Of a stretch of DNA of 64,000 bases, positions 40,714 through 51,158 are shown one piece after another. The DNA lies in the NCBI GenBank assembly GCA_044226015.1, contig JBGAHS010000001.1:32001-96000 (forward strand). The letters are read 5' to 3'. The notes below the pieces were generated by a model that saw only the letters and a list, made by a program, of their open reading frames with translations, did no database searches and was not told where the DNA came from. Position 1 is the stretch's first letter, and each line of letters opens with the position of its first letter. Both the position numbers and the translations under genes were made by a program. Origin of the DNA: Candidatus Obscuribacteraceae bacterium (lineage in GTDB: Bacteria > Cyanobacteriota > Vampirovibrionia > Obscuribacterales > Obscuribacteraceae).

Positions 40714-40796
40714 ATTTTGCAGGTACCTTATCTTGGGGTTAAGACAGGGTATTTGTAACGCTGTTGTCGGATGTGAGATTTCGTATTCGAGCTCCC

Positions 40797-40889
40797 GGAG
40801 CTGCGGTCTCGGAAGAGCGTACTCGGAGCTGCGGTCTTGGAGCTGCGGTCTCGGAGCTGCGGCCTTGGAGCTGCGGACTCGGAGCTGCG
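40797..40889. repeat. Intergenic ~14-bp tandem repeat
   Basis: ggagctgcggtctc and variants, about 6-7 copies. Confidence 0.8.
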
Positions 40890-40893
40890 ATCT

Positions 40894-42624
40894 CTACGCT
40901 TTGCTGCTTAGCACCGTAGGCGGTGGCGCGACAAAACTCTGGCTGCTTTCTAGTGTGCAGTTGGCAGCACTCCACGTGAGGTAGCCACCAGCTAGATTTT
41001 TCACCGCAAAGCCATTCTGTCTGAGGAATCTGTATGCATAATACGAGCGTTGTCCGCTCTGGCAAGAGGTTACTATAGTTTTGTCTTTCGGAAGCTTATT
41101 CAGTGCTTGTCTCAGTTCGGGCAATGGAATATGTAGGCTTCCGGGTATGTGACCGCCGTCACGTTCTTTCTTGCTTCGAACGTCAATGACGCAATAGTCT
41201 TCCGCTGGCAACTTGCTGAGTTCATCCCACTGAACCTGTATGAGAGAACCATCTCTGATGTTGAGTCCGATCATGCCGAGCAGGTTGATTGGGTCTTTTG
41301 CAGAGCCGAATGGAGGAGCGTAGGCAAGCTCGAGTTCGGCAAGATCATCGATTGTCATATGTGCTTTCATGGCTGTGGCAAGAATGTCGATTCGTTTGTC
41401 TACGCCTTCTTTTCCAACTATCTGCGCTCCTAAAACTTCTCCTGTTTCTTTTTGGAACAGCACTTTCATGTCGAGCCGCTCTGCTCCGGGGAAGTAGCCA
41501 GCGTGATGGCTTGGGTGCAGATAGATTTTTTCGAAACCAATTCCAGATTGTTTCAATTGGATCTCGTTTAGTCCTACAAGTGCAATAGTCAGATCAAATA
41601 CTCGAATAATCGCAGTGCCCAGAGTACCCTTGTATTTTTCGAGCTTGCCGAAAATGTTGTCTGCTGCGATTCGCCCCTGTCTGTTTGCTGGACCACCCAA
41701 AGCAATGCGTGTTAGTGCTTTGCTAACAGGATGCACCACTTCAATGGCGTCTCCAACAGCCCATATGTTCGGGTTGCTCGTTTGCAAATACTCATTAACT
41801 CTAATGCCGCCGCGATCGCCAACCATGACGCCTGCTTTCTCTGCAAGTTTTATTTCAGGTCTTATTCCAAGTCCCAAAATGACAATGTCTGAGGCGATAG
41901 GCTCAGCATCGCCCGCTACTGTCCAACAGCACAGAGGGCTGTCATTTCCCGAAGGCGGCAAAAACTCTCTAATAGGGCTTGATAGGCGTAGCTTGATGCC
42001 GTGCTTCTGTAATTCTTGATGCACCAGACCAGCCATTTCTGCATCTATAGGAGCCAGAACCTGCGCACCGCTGTCAATGAGGCTAACGTCTAGCCCACGA
42101 TTCTTCAATTGCTCTGCCAGTTCTAGCCCTATAAAGCCACCACCGACGATGACGGCGTTTTTTGCTTTCTTTTGTTGAATCCATTTTTCGATGGCTTGAA
42201 CATCTTCGATGCTTCTTAAAGTGAAAATGCCGGGCAGGTCTATTCCAGGCATCTTTGGTTTGATTGGCGCGGCACCAACAGCGAGAATGAGGTCATCATA
42301 AGTCTCGTCGTAAGTGTTGTTTGTCTGTGTGTTTCTGATGCTTACTGTTTTCGTAGCTGTGTTGATTTCGATTACTTCACTATTAACTCGTACGTCGAGG
42401 TTGAACCGCTCTTTGAGCCCGTCCGGAGTTTGCAGGAGAAGGCTGTTTTCGTTCTTAATTTCGCCACCAATATAATAAGGAAGACCGCAGTTAGCATAAG
42501 AAACGTGTCCGCTGCGTTCAAATACGATAATCTCAGCCCTTTCCGAAAGGCGGCGCGCTCTAGCTGCTGCACTCATTCCGCCTGCCACTCCGCCAACAAT
42601 GATGATCTTCTTTTCTTCTTGCAT
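40894..42624 (-). CDS. CoA-disulfide reductase with a C-terminal rhodanese domain
   Basis: GGVAGG, SYANCGLPY redox Cys, GGGFIGLE, YAPPF, rhodanese CQSGQRS. Confidence 0.93.
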   Translation of the reverse strand: MQEEKKIIIVGGVAGGMSAAARARRLSERAEIIVFERSGHVSYANCGLPYYIGGEIKNENSLLLQTPDGLKERFNLDVRVNSEVIEINTATKTVSIRNTQTNNTYDETYDDLILAVGAAPIKPKMPGIDLPGIFTLRSIEDVQAIEKWIQQKKAKNAVIVGGGFIGLELAEQLKNRGLDVSLIDSGAQVLAPIDAEMAGLVHQELQKHGIKLRLSSPIREFLPPSGNDSPLCCWTVAGDAEPIASDIVILGLGIRPEIKLAEKAGVMVGDRGGIRVNEYLQTSNPNIWAVGDAIEVVHPVSKALTRIALGGPANRQGRIAADNIFGKLEKYKGTLGTAIIRVFDLTIALVGLNEIQLKQSGIGFEKIYLHPSHHAGYFPGAERLDMKVLFQKETGEVLGAQIVGKEGVDKRIDILATAMKAHMTIDDLAELELAYAPPFGSAKDPINLLGMIGLNIRDGSLIQVQWDELSKLPAEDYCVIDVRSKKERDGGHIPGSLHIPLPELRQALNKLPKDKTIVTSCQSGQRSYYAYRFLRQNGFAVKNLAGGYLTWSAANCTLESSQSFVAPPPTVLSSKA

Positions 42625-42821
42625 GACTACAATAACCTCAGTTCTCGTTATTTAACTATATCGCTAATTAGTTATATAACCAATCGGTCTTAAGGATGAT
42701 TGAGCAATTTTGCAGATATGAAAGACTTGACAAATTTCTGCATCCGATGAAAACGCTATAGCAGTCATTGTGCTAATCTCTTGTCTCAACCTGAGCGGCA
42801 GGGGTTTCTAAGTGCCAGCGC

Positions 42822-43883
42822 ATGACTAAGTTTATTGACCTGATAGGCGACGGAATCGAGAATCCACATAATGCTCGCGCTCTTATTGATGTGGCGCGCA
42901 TGTTCGACTCTACTTGCCGGTTTCGCGATCGCAAAGGTCTTCACGAGTCAATCAAGCAGGTAGGGCTTCCTTCTGACTATTCTATGAACTTCGTCCATGT
43001 TCAGAACGTTGTTGACAGGTATTCGCCAATAATCGCGCTCGAAAACCTGGAGAATGCGATAGACATCTTTGGTTTCAATTTCAGATCTGGCTTGCCCGGT
43101 GCCCTGGTGGTTGGCAATGAACGTTATGGTGTGTCCCACGAACTGCACAATTCTGCTAATTATGTCTTGCATATTCCAATGACCAGTTTTACTGTTAATA
43201 CATTGAATGTTGCCACTGCTGCTGGTGTCGCACTTTATTATTTGAAGAATGGCCCAACAGCAAGAATGCATGTGCGTGCTCAGCCCGAAAAACGTCGCCC
43301 TGAAATCTTGTTGATTGGAGGTCACGATGCTGGTGAGCTAGGAAGTGCATTGCGTTCCGCTTCCGCTTTCGGCTGGGAACGTGCCTTTCTGGAAGATAGA
43401 AATTCGCTCTGGTTTGGGCGCCAGCGTGTGTCAAAAGCGGAAAACGGAAATGCCGGCAGACGAGGACGGAATACGATTAAGTTGTATCCCGTTTCTCAAG
43501 ACAACCGGTATGGGTTTAAGCGAGTCACAGTCATAAGTCGTCGCGAAGGTATTCCGCTTCAGAAGGCGAGGCTTGCAGAGGGACCACAGCAAATCGTAAT
43601 CATACCTGATGAAAGTTCGGTTGATGTAGTTGCAGAGAATTGGCACCGTGCTGGTTCAAACGTTCAATTCGTAAAAATTGAAGTGCCAGCTGTGGATTAT
43701 GATTATCACTATAGAGTTTTTGCTTCTATTGCACTTGCTGAAATTTCACGCCAGGTGGGTCATAGCGCTGCTGAGCGCTATGCACGAAAAGTCAAACAAG
43801 GACCTATATACGATAAGTTTCTTTCCTTCGTTCAACATGGTGCTTTTGAAGAAATCGATTTGGAAGATCTGGCTGTTTATTAA
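42822..43883 (+). CDS. TrmH/SpoU-family (SPOUT) RNA methyltransferase-like protein with a second degenerate SPOUT-like half
   Basis: DGIENPHN, VGNERYG, IPM...LNVATAAGVALY; the second half begins LLIGGHDAGELGSALRSASAFG. Confidence 0.7.
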   Translation: MTKFIDLIGDGIENPHNARALIDVARMFDSTCRFRDRKGLHESIKQVGLPSDYSMNFVHVQNVVDRYSPIIALENLENAIDIFGFNFRSGLPGALVVGNERYGVSHELHNSANYVLHIPMTSFTVNTLNVATAAGVALYYLKNGPTARMHVRAQPEKRRPEILLIGGHDAGELGSALRSASAFGWERAFLEDRNSLWFGRQRVSKAENGNAGRRGRNTIKLYPVSQDNRYGFKRVTVISRREGIPLQKARLAEGPQQIVIIPDESSVDVVAENWHRAGSNVQFVKIEVPAVDYDYHYRVFASIALAEISRQVGHSAAERYARKVKQGPIYDKFLSFVQHGAFEEIDLEDLAVY

Positions 43884-43995
43884 TCCCTTGGGAAAATCGC
43901 GAAATCTAAATCAGTTCTCGCGTTCGATTTTGTATTTGTGCTCCTGTGCGATACTCTCTGCAATAGTTTTTGTCAGCAGTTTTGTGCTGCGCTAC

Positions 43996-44889
43996 TCAAT
44001 GATGGCTTCGGAACTTCCATTTTTCATCTAGTTGATACACGAGCTCAAGTTCTGAAGTATCAACAGTCATTTGTCCAATCTTTCTAAACAGCACACTGTG
44101 TGAGCACAAAAATGCTGCGCAAAATATTATCGCGATCATGAATGTCAAAATTGAAGCTACGGCTAGCTGAAACTCAAGCGATGATTGGTTTTGGCAGTCA
44201 TGGAATTTATCTGCAGAGTTCCATTGTTTTGCAGCTGTCGTCGGGTCTGCAAAAGTTCTGTAGTCTGCAGAAAATTCCACTAGATCTGCTGATGCGCTCA
44301 AGCTGTCTCCAGCCTCAGCAGATCTGACAGAGAAAGCTTTTGTATATGCGTAATTTTTCAGGCGATCTTGCTTATGTGTTAGGAACGGCATCTCACCTTT
44401 TAGCTTTGCCTGAAGCCATGTCTCTTCAACATTGTCACGACATTGAGCATCTAATTTCTTGTTTATGCCGAGTTTGCTCCATTCCTCATTTGCATTTTGA
44501 CAGATTTCCTCACTCGTTAGTGGTGTTACAGGTGGTGTGTCGCTTTCCGTTTCGCCTGTTAGTGATGCAGCAGCTGTTGCGTCAATTTCCCTTTGGCTTG
44601 CCGGTGGCATCCCAGTTTGTAAATCAATGCGCTTGCCGCTTGATTCTTTCGTAGCAGCTTGCGCATCAATCTGCCTGCCGCTCGATTCCGGCATCCCAGT
44701 TTGTGCAGCATTGTGCCTACCGCTTGATTCTGGCGTCGCAGCTTGTGCATCATTTTGCTTGCGGCTCGAGCGTTTTGCTATCATCTCGCTGAGTTCTGCT
44801 TCAATAAGCGATTGACTCTGCTCTCTTTTGTTATTGTGTTTTAGCAAGTTATGTTTGCTTGCCCTTCTAAATTGCATCATCTTCAACAT
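43996..44889 (-). CDS. Hypothetical protein with 14-aa repeats and a C-terminal TM helix
   Basis: KQNDAQAATPESSG / RHNAAQTGMPESSG / RQIDAQAATKESSG / KRIDLQTGMPPASQ. Confidence 0.65.
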   Translation of the reverse strand: MLKMMQFRRASKHNLLKHNNKREQSQSLIEAELSEMIAKRSSRKQNDAQAATPESSGRHNAAQTGMPESSGRQIDAQAATKESSGKRIDLQTGMPPASQREIDATAAASLTGETESDTPPVTPLTSEEICQNANEEWSKLGINKKLDAQCRDNVEETWLQAKLKGEMPFLTHKQDRLKNYAYTKAFSVRSAEAGDSLSASADLVEFSADYRTFADPTTAAKQWNSADKFHDCQNQSSLEFQLAVASILTFMIAIIFCAAFLCSHSVLFRKIGQMTVDTSELELVYQLDEKWKFRSHH

Positions 44890-45451
44890 TTCACTGTTTA
44901 ACTAGGTTTTGGTCGAACAAAGACTTTGCACTCACCCCCACAGGAGACTGCAGCAAAAAATTGGGAGCAGTTTGATACTGTTCCGTGTGCAACTCGGTAA
45001 GAAGCGCACAATTCCATCCTAGCGCATGTTGTCAAGGGTGATTTTTGAATTTCACCACACTGAATGACTACAATCGTTTGTACCGCATGGCTTTTGGGCA
45101 AAATTTTCTCGCTCTCAAAATAAGAGAGGTTTAAACAATGCCAGTTTCAATTCTGTTTTCAGTCTCGCCGCGTTGACTCTTGTCCACGCCCAGGCTGCTT
45201 TTAGCTGTTTTTGAAACTCCAGTCGCAATCTTCCAATTGCAGCTTGGCACAATTTGGATAAGTCCTTCATGTTTTTGACGCGGCATTAACGAAAGTGCGC
45301 TTGTTTCAAATTTTACTTTGAATTGCCTATCGGTTTGCCTGTAAATACCGTTGGCTCAAGCAGTTCAGGTCTTGCTGCTGAGGTTAAGCAGCTGACTAAA
45401 TTGCTCTTAGATTTAAAACGCTCCTTACATCTCGGGCTTAAAATTGCTTGT

Positions 45452-46186
45452 ATGAGTAAAACAACAAACCTTGATCCTAAGACGGAGCACTTAGTTGTTC
45501 CTAAGTCTCCCCAGAAAACCAAGCTGGAGAAAACTCAAAGCTGGTTGACGATTATCTCTACATCGGTAGGTCTGCTGGGAATCGCCGGTTCAACTTTCGC
45601 ATTTGCGGTGTCTTCGTTCTACACGGGAAGCATCGATGTGAAGCCCGACTTCGACACACCTGGAATGGTCGTGAAAGTTTACACGAGCGAGGGGCATGAA
45701 TCTGTTTTCCACACCAAGCACATCAATTTGATGCCTGGGCAGTACCATCTAGAAATTGTCTCTCCAAATGGTCGTGTCATTCATCGTGATACCAAAGTCA
45801 GTTTTCACCACAATAGCGACATCTATGTGACGTTAGGTCCACCGCCGCAAGGCTCTACTATTTCTGCTAACCCAGTGGATGCCACATCATCTGATAGCTC
45901 ACAGCCTGAAGCAAAAGACGGTCTCGGAGCTCTTGTGAATTTTGGGGCAACTGCTTCTGGTGGCTCTGCTTCTAACAGCACCTCTGAGCCAGCGTCTTCG
46001 ACTGCGGGCGTCAGCGAGCCTGTTGCTAAATCAACAGATGAGTCCTCCGCAGCCGGCAAAGATTCTGCTGAATCGAGCACTGAAACCGCCGAGGGAGCAG
46101 CAACAAAAAAACGTTGGTGGCAAGTCTGGAAGCGTGGTGACAAGGAAGCTTCCTCGAATGAGTCCAGCGGCGAAAATTCAAAATAA
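45452..46186 (+). CDS. Hypothetical membrane-anchored protein (small beta domain, Ser/Ala-rich tail)
   Basis: One TM helix, PEGA-like LMPGQYHLEI, KRWWQVWK tail; stop overlaps the hemL start (TAATG). Confidence 0.65.
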   Translation: MSKTTNLDPKTEHLVVPKSPQKTKLEKTQSWLTIISTSVGLLGIAGSTFAFAVSSFYTGSIDVKPDFDTPGMVVKVYTSEGHESVFHTKHINLMPGQYHLEIVSPNGRVIHRDTKVSFHHNSDIYVTLGPPPQGSTISANPVDATSSDSSQPEAKDGLGALVNFGATASGGSASNSTSEPASSTAGVSEPVAKSTDESSAAGKDSAESSTETAEGAATKKRWWQVWKRGDKEASSNESSGENSK

Positions 46187-47481
46187 TGCAGATAAAAGAA
46201 GAGCAAGCAAGCGGCACCTTTTTTGCTGAACAGTCTGCAAAATACTCTGAAGAAATTGCGCGCCTCATTCCTGGTGGTGTCGACAGCCCGTTCCGCTCGT
46301 TCAAAGAAGTTGGTGGGCACACTTTATTCTTCTCTCGGGCACTTGGCTCTCGGCTCTTTGATTTAGACGGTAACGAATACATAGATTATCTTGGAGCCTG
46401 GGGACCAGCAATTCTTGGGCACTGTGTACCGTCTGTCGTTGAGGCGTGCAAGAAAGCTGTTGAACATGGACCAGTCTTTGGCTCGCCTCATATGTACGAG
46501 TTGCAACTAGCCCAGCTCTTGAATGAAGCCATGCCGTCGATGGAGATGATGCGCTTCGTGAATTCCGGTACCGAAGCCGTGATGAGTGCAGTGCGACTTG
46601 CGCGGGGCTTCAAAAAGCGTGATCTGATCATCATGTTTGAAGGCTGCTATCACGGGCATTCTGATTCTGTTTTGGCCTCACAGGGGCATTGTTCCAGTGA
46701 TGGTATTCCTGAGATTTCGAAGCAGAATACATTGCTTGTGCCGTTCAATGATGTCGAGGCGCTAGCTTCGTGCTTGAAGGCGCACAAAGGAAAAGTTGCA
46801 GGCGTAATTATTGAACCTGTCGCAGGTTCAATGGGGGTGATACCTCCTGATGAGGGATATCTCCAGCGCGTTTCTGAAATCTGCAAAGTAGAAGATGTCG
46901 TTCTGATTTTCGATGAAGTGCTAACTGGTTTGCGAGTAGCTCGCGGCGGTGCGCAGTCTATTTATGGAGTCGTGCCTGACCTTACTTGCTTGGGCAAAGC
47001 GCTTGGCGGTGGAATGGCTATCGGCGCTTATGGTGGACGGCGCGAAATAATGCATGCGCTTGAACCAATTGGAAAAGTCTATCAGGCGGGTACTTTTTCG
47101 GGAAACCCTGTCACTATGGCTGGTGGCATTGCCACGCTGACCGAACTCAAGAATTCCAATGCTTATGAACGCATGGAGATGCGAGGAACACAGCTATTCG
47201 ATGGCATCAGTGATTGGTTGCGGAGCCATTCATTTCCGCTGCAGTTACAACGAGTTGGCTCTATGTTTTGCTTGATTTTTTCAGACTTGCCTGTGCGCAA
47301 TTTCAAGGATTCACTCCGGATAGACTCTCACAGATTCGCAAAGCTCTACCATGAACTGCTGCGACGTGGCATCTACCTGCCCCCCTCAAGTGTTGACGCT
47401 GCAGCCATCTCTGCCGCCCACAGTGAAGCCGACATTGAAGAATCAGTAAGAGCCATTTGCGAATCTCTCGCAGCAGTTTAA
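46186..47481 (+). CDS. hemL: Glutamate-1-semialdehyde 2,1-aminomutase
   Basis: IPGGVDSP.R, NSGTEA, GCYHGHSD, FDEVLTG, GKALGGG, YQAGTFSGNP. Confidence 0.93.
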   Translation: MQIKEEQASGTFFAEQSAKYSEEIARLIPGGVDSPFRSFKEVGGHTLFFSRALGSRLFDLDGNEYIDYLGAWGPAILGHCVPSVVEACKKAVEHGPVFGSPHMYELQLAQLLNEAMPSMEMMRFVNSGTEAVMSAVRLARGFKKRDLIIMFEGCYHGHSDSVLASQGHCSSDGIPEISKQNTLLVPFNDVEALASCLKAHKGKVAGVIIEPVAGSMGVIPPDEGYLQRVSEICKVEDVVLIFDEVLTGLRVARGGAQSIYGVVPDLTCLGKALGGGMAIGAYGGRREIMHALEPIGKVYQAGTFSGNPVTMAGGIATLTELKNSNAYERMEMRGTQLFDGISDWLRSHSFPLQLQRVGSMFCLIFSDLPVRNFKDSLRIDSHRFAKLYHELLRRGIYLPPSSVDAAAISAAHSEADIEESVRAICESLAAV

Positions 47482-47575
47482 ATATGCAACTCGAGAGCTC
47501 AAGTTCAAATCGAAGTACGGTAGCGATATGTGAAGATGATAAGGCGTGGTTAGCGACAAGCAGTAACCGCTGGGG

Positions 47576-48247
47576 TTAATAAATGAGTTTTGTGGTGGTG
47601 TATGTTATTTCTGTTATTAGACTGTAGTCCAGGCGAGCGATTTCCGTTACTGTGAACGTGGCTTGAGAATAAAGTTGAATAGGCACTTCTTTTGACGGTT
47701 CAGTTGATGCGTTGAAGTCACACGAAGTCATGGTTTGGTATCGTCGGAGCGTAAATTTGTCCTTTTCGAGCCAAATCGTTGTCCTTAAACCAGAAGGCCT
47801 CTCCAAAACAAGCTTATAGCAGCTTATCCCCTCGATTTCTTCATCTTGCTTCGGGGTAATTTCTGAAAAGCCTTCGGTCCAAGCATTCATGTTCTCCTTA
47901 ACTGAGGGGAAAAGGATGCAAGGAATGACAAGTGCGCCTGAGCCGATCACTCCTGTAGCTTGTGCTAATGCTAAATACAAAGCTTTTGATTTGAGTCTCT
48001 TTGACAAGCCGTATGAGAAATAAGTTTCTGCGTCATCTGATTCAACAAGTCCTGTTCGGTTGTTTTTGTGCCATTCGAACTTGTATACGGCAGGGGCTTT
48101 GTATTTTGTGCAAAATTCAACACTAGGTTTTGGTCGATCATGGTCAGGAAAACTCCATTGCCGAATACAACCAACATCTTCGTATTCGCGACAAGACACA
48201 TATCGACTAATGAATTCCTCAAACACTGCTGGCACGTTCAATATCAT
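47576..48247 (-). CDS. Putative immunity protein of cassette 5 (possibly LolA-like fold)
   Basis: Directly follows the toxin tip; GAGGT RBS before the ATG at 48247; Y..c.eYeD.G start and EEIEGISCYKL...TTIWLEKDKFTLRR. Confidence 0.6.
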   Translation of the reverse strand: MILNVPAVFEEFISRYVSCREYEDVGCIRQWSFPDHDRPKPSVEFCTKYKAPAVYKFEWHKNNRTGLVESDDAETYFSYGLSKRLKSKALYLALAQATGVIGSGALVIPCILFPSVKENMNAWTEGFSEITPKQDEEIEGISCYKLVLERPSGLRTTIWLEKDKFTLRRYQTMTSCDFNASTEPSKEVPIQLYSQATFTVTEIARLDYSLITEITYTTTKLIY

Positions 48248-48251
48248 TACC

Positions 48252-49160
48252 TCACCACAATCTAAATCGCTTAATTGCATCCCATTGCGTTTTCAGTGCG
48301 TTCATAGCTTCGTTTAATGCTTGTTTCGATTGACCTAGGTTCCAAGCGATTGCGGGGTCAATGCCGTTAGCTGAAATACACTCCAAAAGAGATATGACAG
48401 CTCCAGTCAGGCACGTATCATAGGCCACAGGGCAAGGATTAATTTGGTGTTGAATTGAGTTTGGACCGTAAGATTCATAGCATGCTGCCTTTAGCGCATC
48501 ATAGCTCAGCAAACAGCTTTTGCTAGCACTTCCTGTTGGATCTAATTCATTGATTGCTTGGAGAAGATATTTTTCGCTGAGCCTGCCAGCTGTTCCCCGA
48601 AAGGGAAAAGGCAGCGTTTCACCTTTTCCATAGTCATTGGGCGTTAATCCTGTGAAATCGACGAAGTTAGTCGGGCCATTTCCAACGTAAACGTATAGAT
48701 TAGTTCCTCCTGCTTCCTCAAACGGATCTCTGTTGACAAACCTACCCCTTGAAGGAGCATATACTCTGAAGACCGGCATGTTAAGTCCGCTTCTAGAATG
48801 GTAGTAGTAATTTGCATACTGGAATTCTGCGTCGGCACTACCATTTAGTTTGACAACAAGCCCATAAGGATCATAATTGTACTGTGCTTCAATAGCAGTT
48901 ATTCCCCCCACAGTCTTAGTCAGTTCCCTGATGGAACCCAGGCGGTCTTTACTGTAAGAGTATTGATTGGAACCTGCAATGGTGAAGTTGACTTGTCCTT
49001 GATTCAAGAATTGTTTGCCAATACTCAGGCTACCTGACGCATCCCGTTCCTCACACCTAGCTGCCCCGCACCACAAATGCTGTTTCGTCGAAGTGACACT
49101 GCCAGCAGTGCGCTCTTCGATTTTCGTTGCGCGCGAAAGTGCATCATACGAAAATTGGGT
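48252..49160 (-). CDS. Orphan Rhs C-terminal toxin cassette 5 (no ATG start)
   Basis: Open from TQFSYDALSR; DRLGSIRE, YDPYG, GRFVNRDP, NLYVYV.N.P....DFTG, then a unique tip. Confidence 0.85.
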   Translation of the reverse strand, partial: TQFSYDALSRATKIEERTAGSVTSTKQHLWCGAARCEERDASGSLSIGKQFLNQGQVNFTIAGSNQYSYSKDRLGSIRELTKTVGGITAIEAQYNYDPYGLVVKLNGSADAEFQYANYYYHSRSGLNMPVFRVYAPSRGRFVNRDPFEEAGGTNLYVYVGNGPTNFVDFTGLTPNDYGKGETLPFPFRGTAGRLSEKYLLQAINELDPTGSASKSCLLSYDALKAACYESYGPNSIQHQINPCPVAYDTCLTGAVISLLECISANGIDPAIAWNLGQSKQALNEAMNALKTQWDAIKRFRLW

Positions 49161-49357
49161 GATGTTCCCAGTGCGATTTGATTGGATTTCAGAGACTTTT
49201 AAGATTAGCAGAGTCGCTTAGTTTGTCATAATTGTATTGCGCTTCAATAGCAGTTATTCCGCTTAGTCTGCTAGTCTTCCAACAGAGTTCAAAATGGAAA
49301 CGATGAAAATTAATCATTACGTCGAATCGATTCGAAACATATTACGCTCACCGGATC

Positions 49358-50056
49358 TTAAGTGCTGGGATTGGCGCGGAGCTGACAAATCAAAATTTTT
49401 TCCACAATTTCGTTCTTTATAGATATTCCGGACTCGTTTTCAACTAAAGATAAATCCAGAGATTGGTAAATCCGCAGTGCCTGCGCCCAGCGTTGTAGCT
49501 CCATAAGACTATCTGCTAAATTGATCTGATTTTCTAAATCAATTTCATCGGCGTTCGCTGAACGTAATTCAACTGCTTTTACAAAGCAGTCTAAAGCTTG
49601 TTCCAGATAAGCGGTCCTCATCGATGGATCACAGGGGTAATCCTTAAGGATCCTACCTTTTTGCGCCAGAAATCCATCATTTAGTGGAAACATCGAAATG
49701 GCCTTATCGGCAATTAAAAGTGCATCTTTGGCGACTTGGAGTTTCTCTGCAATTGATAATGGGTTCTTTTTTGTCATCCATTTGTGTATGGCCAAACTGA
49801 TCCATGTTAGAAACGTTCCCTCATCCTTCTCTGCAAGCTCGTAGATCGCGCAAACTGTCTTCCATCCAGCCGGAAAGTCCACTCGATGAGCAAGTACTAT
49901 TAGTCTTTCGTCCTCTGTAAATCCAGAATTTGCCGTGGACCTCAGGAAATGCCGGAGCTTGTCTTTGCTTATGAATTGGTCTACTTTTGTGTTGTCGAGC
50001 ACCGTCTGAAATTGCCGACCAGCATCTGTATTCCACTTATTAATGTACTCTGCCAT
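49358..50056 (-). CDS. Putative immunity protein of cassette 4 (TPR-like)
   Basis: GGAGGT RBS; start overlaps the toxin 3' end; helical TPR-like segments. Confidence 0.65.
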   Translation of the reverse strand: MAEYINKWNTDAGRQFQTVLDNTKVDQFISKDKLRHFLRSTANSGFTEDERLIVLAHRVDFPAGWKTVCAIYELAEKDEGTFLTWISLAIHKWMTKKNPLSIAEKLQVAKDALLIADKAISMFPLNDGFLAQKGRILKDYPCDPSMRTAYLEQALDCFVKAVELRSANADEIDLENQINLADSLMELQRWAQALRIYQSLDLSLVENESGISIKNEIVEKILICQLRANPST

Positions 50057-50903
50057 TAGACACCTCCATAAACCGGGTTGCCTGGCCAGGGCAGTAAAAT
50101 GGTATCAAATAAATCCACCATGGCAATTGTGGTGGAACAGCCTTGGGCAACGGTAGCGGCAGCCTGGTTTCGTCGTGGGATTTTTCAATTGGCTGCTTTT
50201 TCGGTATCGTTCGGTAATCTGGTGGTCTTTTGCCACAGTACTCCCAGCTTCCAGAAAATGTTTCGCCTTTTCCAACAGAATCATTGCATGCCGCGTCATT
50301 TTTGTAACAGCATCCTGGATCCCGACCAGCTTTCAAGCATTTTTGAGTCTGCTGCTCACAACAATCTTTGCTTGAGCAACAAGCTAATCCGTATGGGTCC
50401 ATGAATATTGTTGGAGCATTATTTGCGTATTCGAACAAATTCGTTCCGATATTTTCCCCAAGCGGATCTCTGCTTAACCACCGGGCGAATGAGGGTGCAT
50501 AGTTTCTGAAAAGCGTTTGGTTCATGCCTGAGTTCTGGTGGAAGTACATACCAGCGTAGCCGAAGTCTGAAAACGTTCCGCTCGTGCTTAAGTAAACAAG
50601 CCGTCCGTAAGGCTCATATGAAACTATAAGATCAATGAGTAAAGAGGCACCAGTAGTGTGCGTCATTTCTCTCACTGACCCCAGGTGATCAAATGTGAAG
50701 AAATGGGTTGTTGATGCACTCGCGGCAAATATCACCTCTCCTTTGCCAAAAAACTGCTTGCCATTACTCAAACTACCAGTGCCATCTCTTTCCTCGCACC
50801 TAGCGGACCCGCACCACAAATGTTGCTTTGTGGAAGTGACACTGCCAGCAGTGCGCTCCTCGATTTTAGTTGCGCGCGAAAGTGCATCATGCGAAAATTG
50901 GGT
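50040..50903 (-). CDS. Orphan Rhs C-terminal toxin cassette 4 (Cys-rich tip)
   Basis: TQFSHDALSR head; DHLGSVRE, RWLSRDP, DPYGL, then CCSSKDCC...CC...C. Confidence 0.85.
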   Translation of the reverse strand, partial: TQFSHDALSRATKIEERTAGSVTSTKQHLWCGSARCEERDGTGSLSNGKQFFGKGEVIFAASASTTHFFTFDHLGSVREMTHTTGASLLIDLIVSYEPYGRLVYLSTSGTFSDFGYAGMYFHQNSGMNQTLFRNYAPSFARWLSRDPLGENIGTNLFEYANNAPTIFMDPYGLACCSSKDCCEQQTQKCLKAGRDPGCCYKNDAACNDSVGKGETFSGSWEYCGKRPPDYRTIPKKQPIEKSHDETRLPLPLPKAVPPQLPWWIYLIPFYCPGQATRFMEVSNGRVH

Positions 50904-51158
50904 GATGTTTATGGTGGGAGAAGTCTTGATTTCGGTGAAGTCGAATGATGCAGCCAAAGTCTCTGGGTGAGAAGTCCGTCGTGCTTTTAATTCTTCCAGT
51001 GGAAGAGGTTCGAGGTTTCCGCATCCTCATGGTAATAAAAGTCAGCTGAATTCAAGGCTAAGCATTGCTCAAATTTTTGAAATGTGCATAACAGCGACCG
51101 CATCAACTATAATTTAAGTCATAGTTAGTTATGACTTACAAAAGTCCATTTTTTAGCC

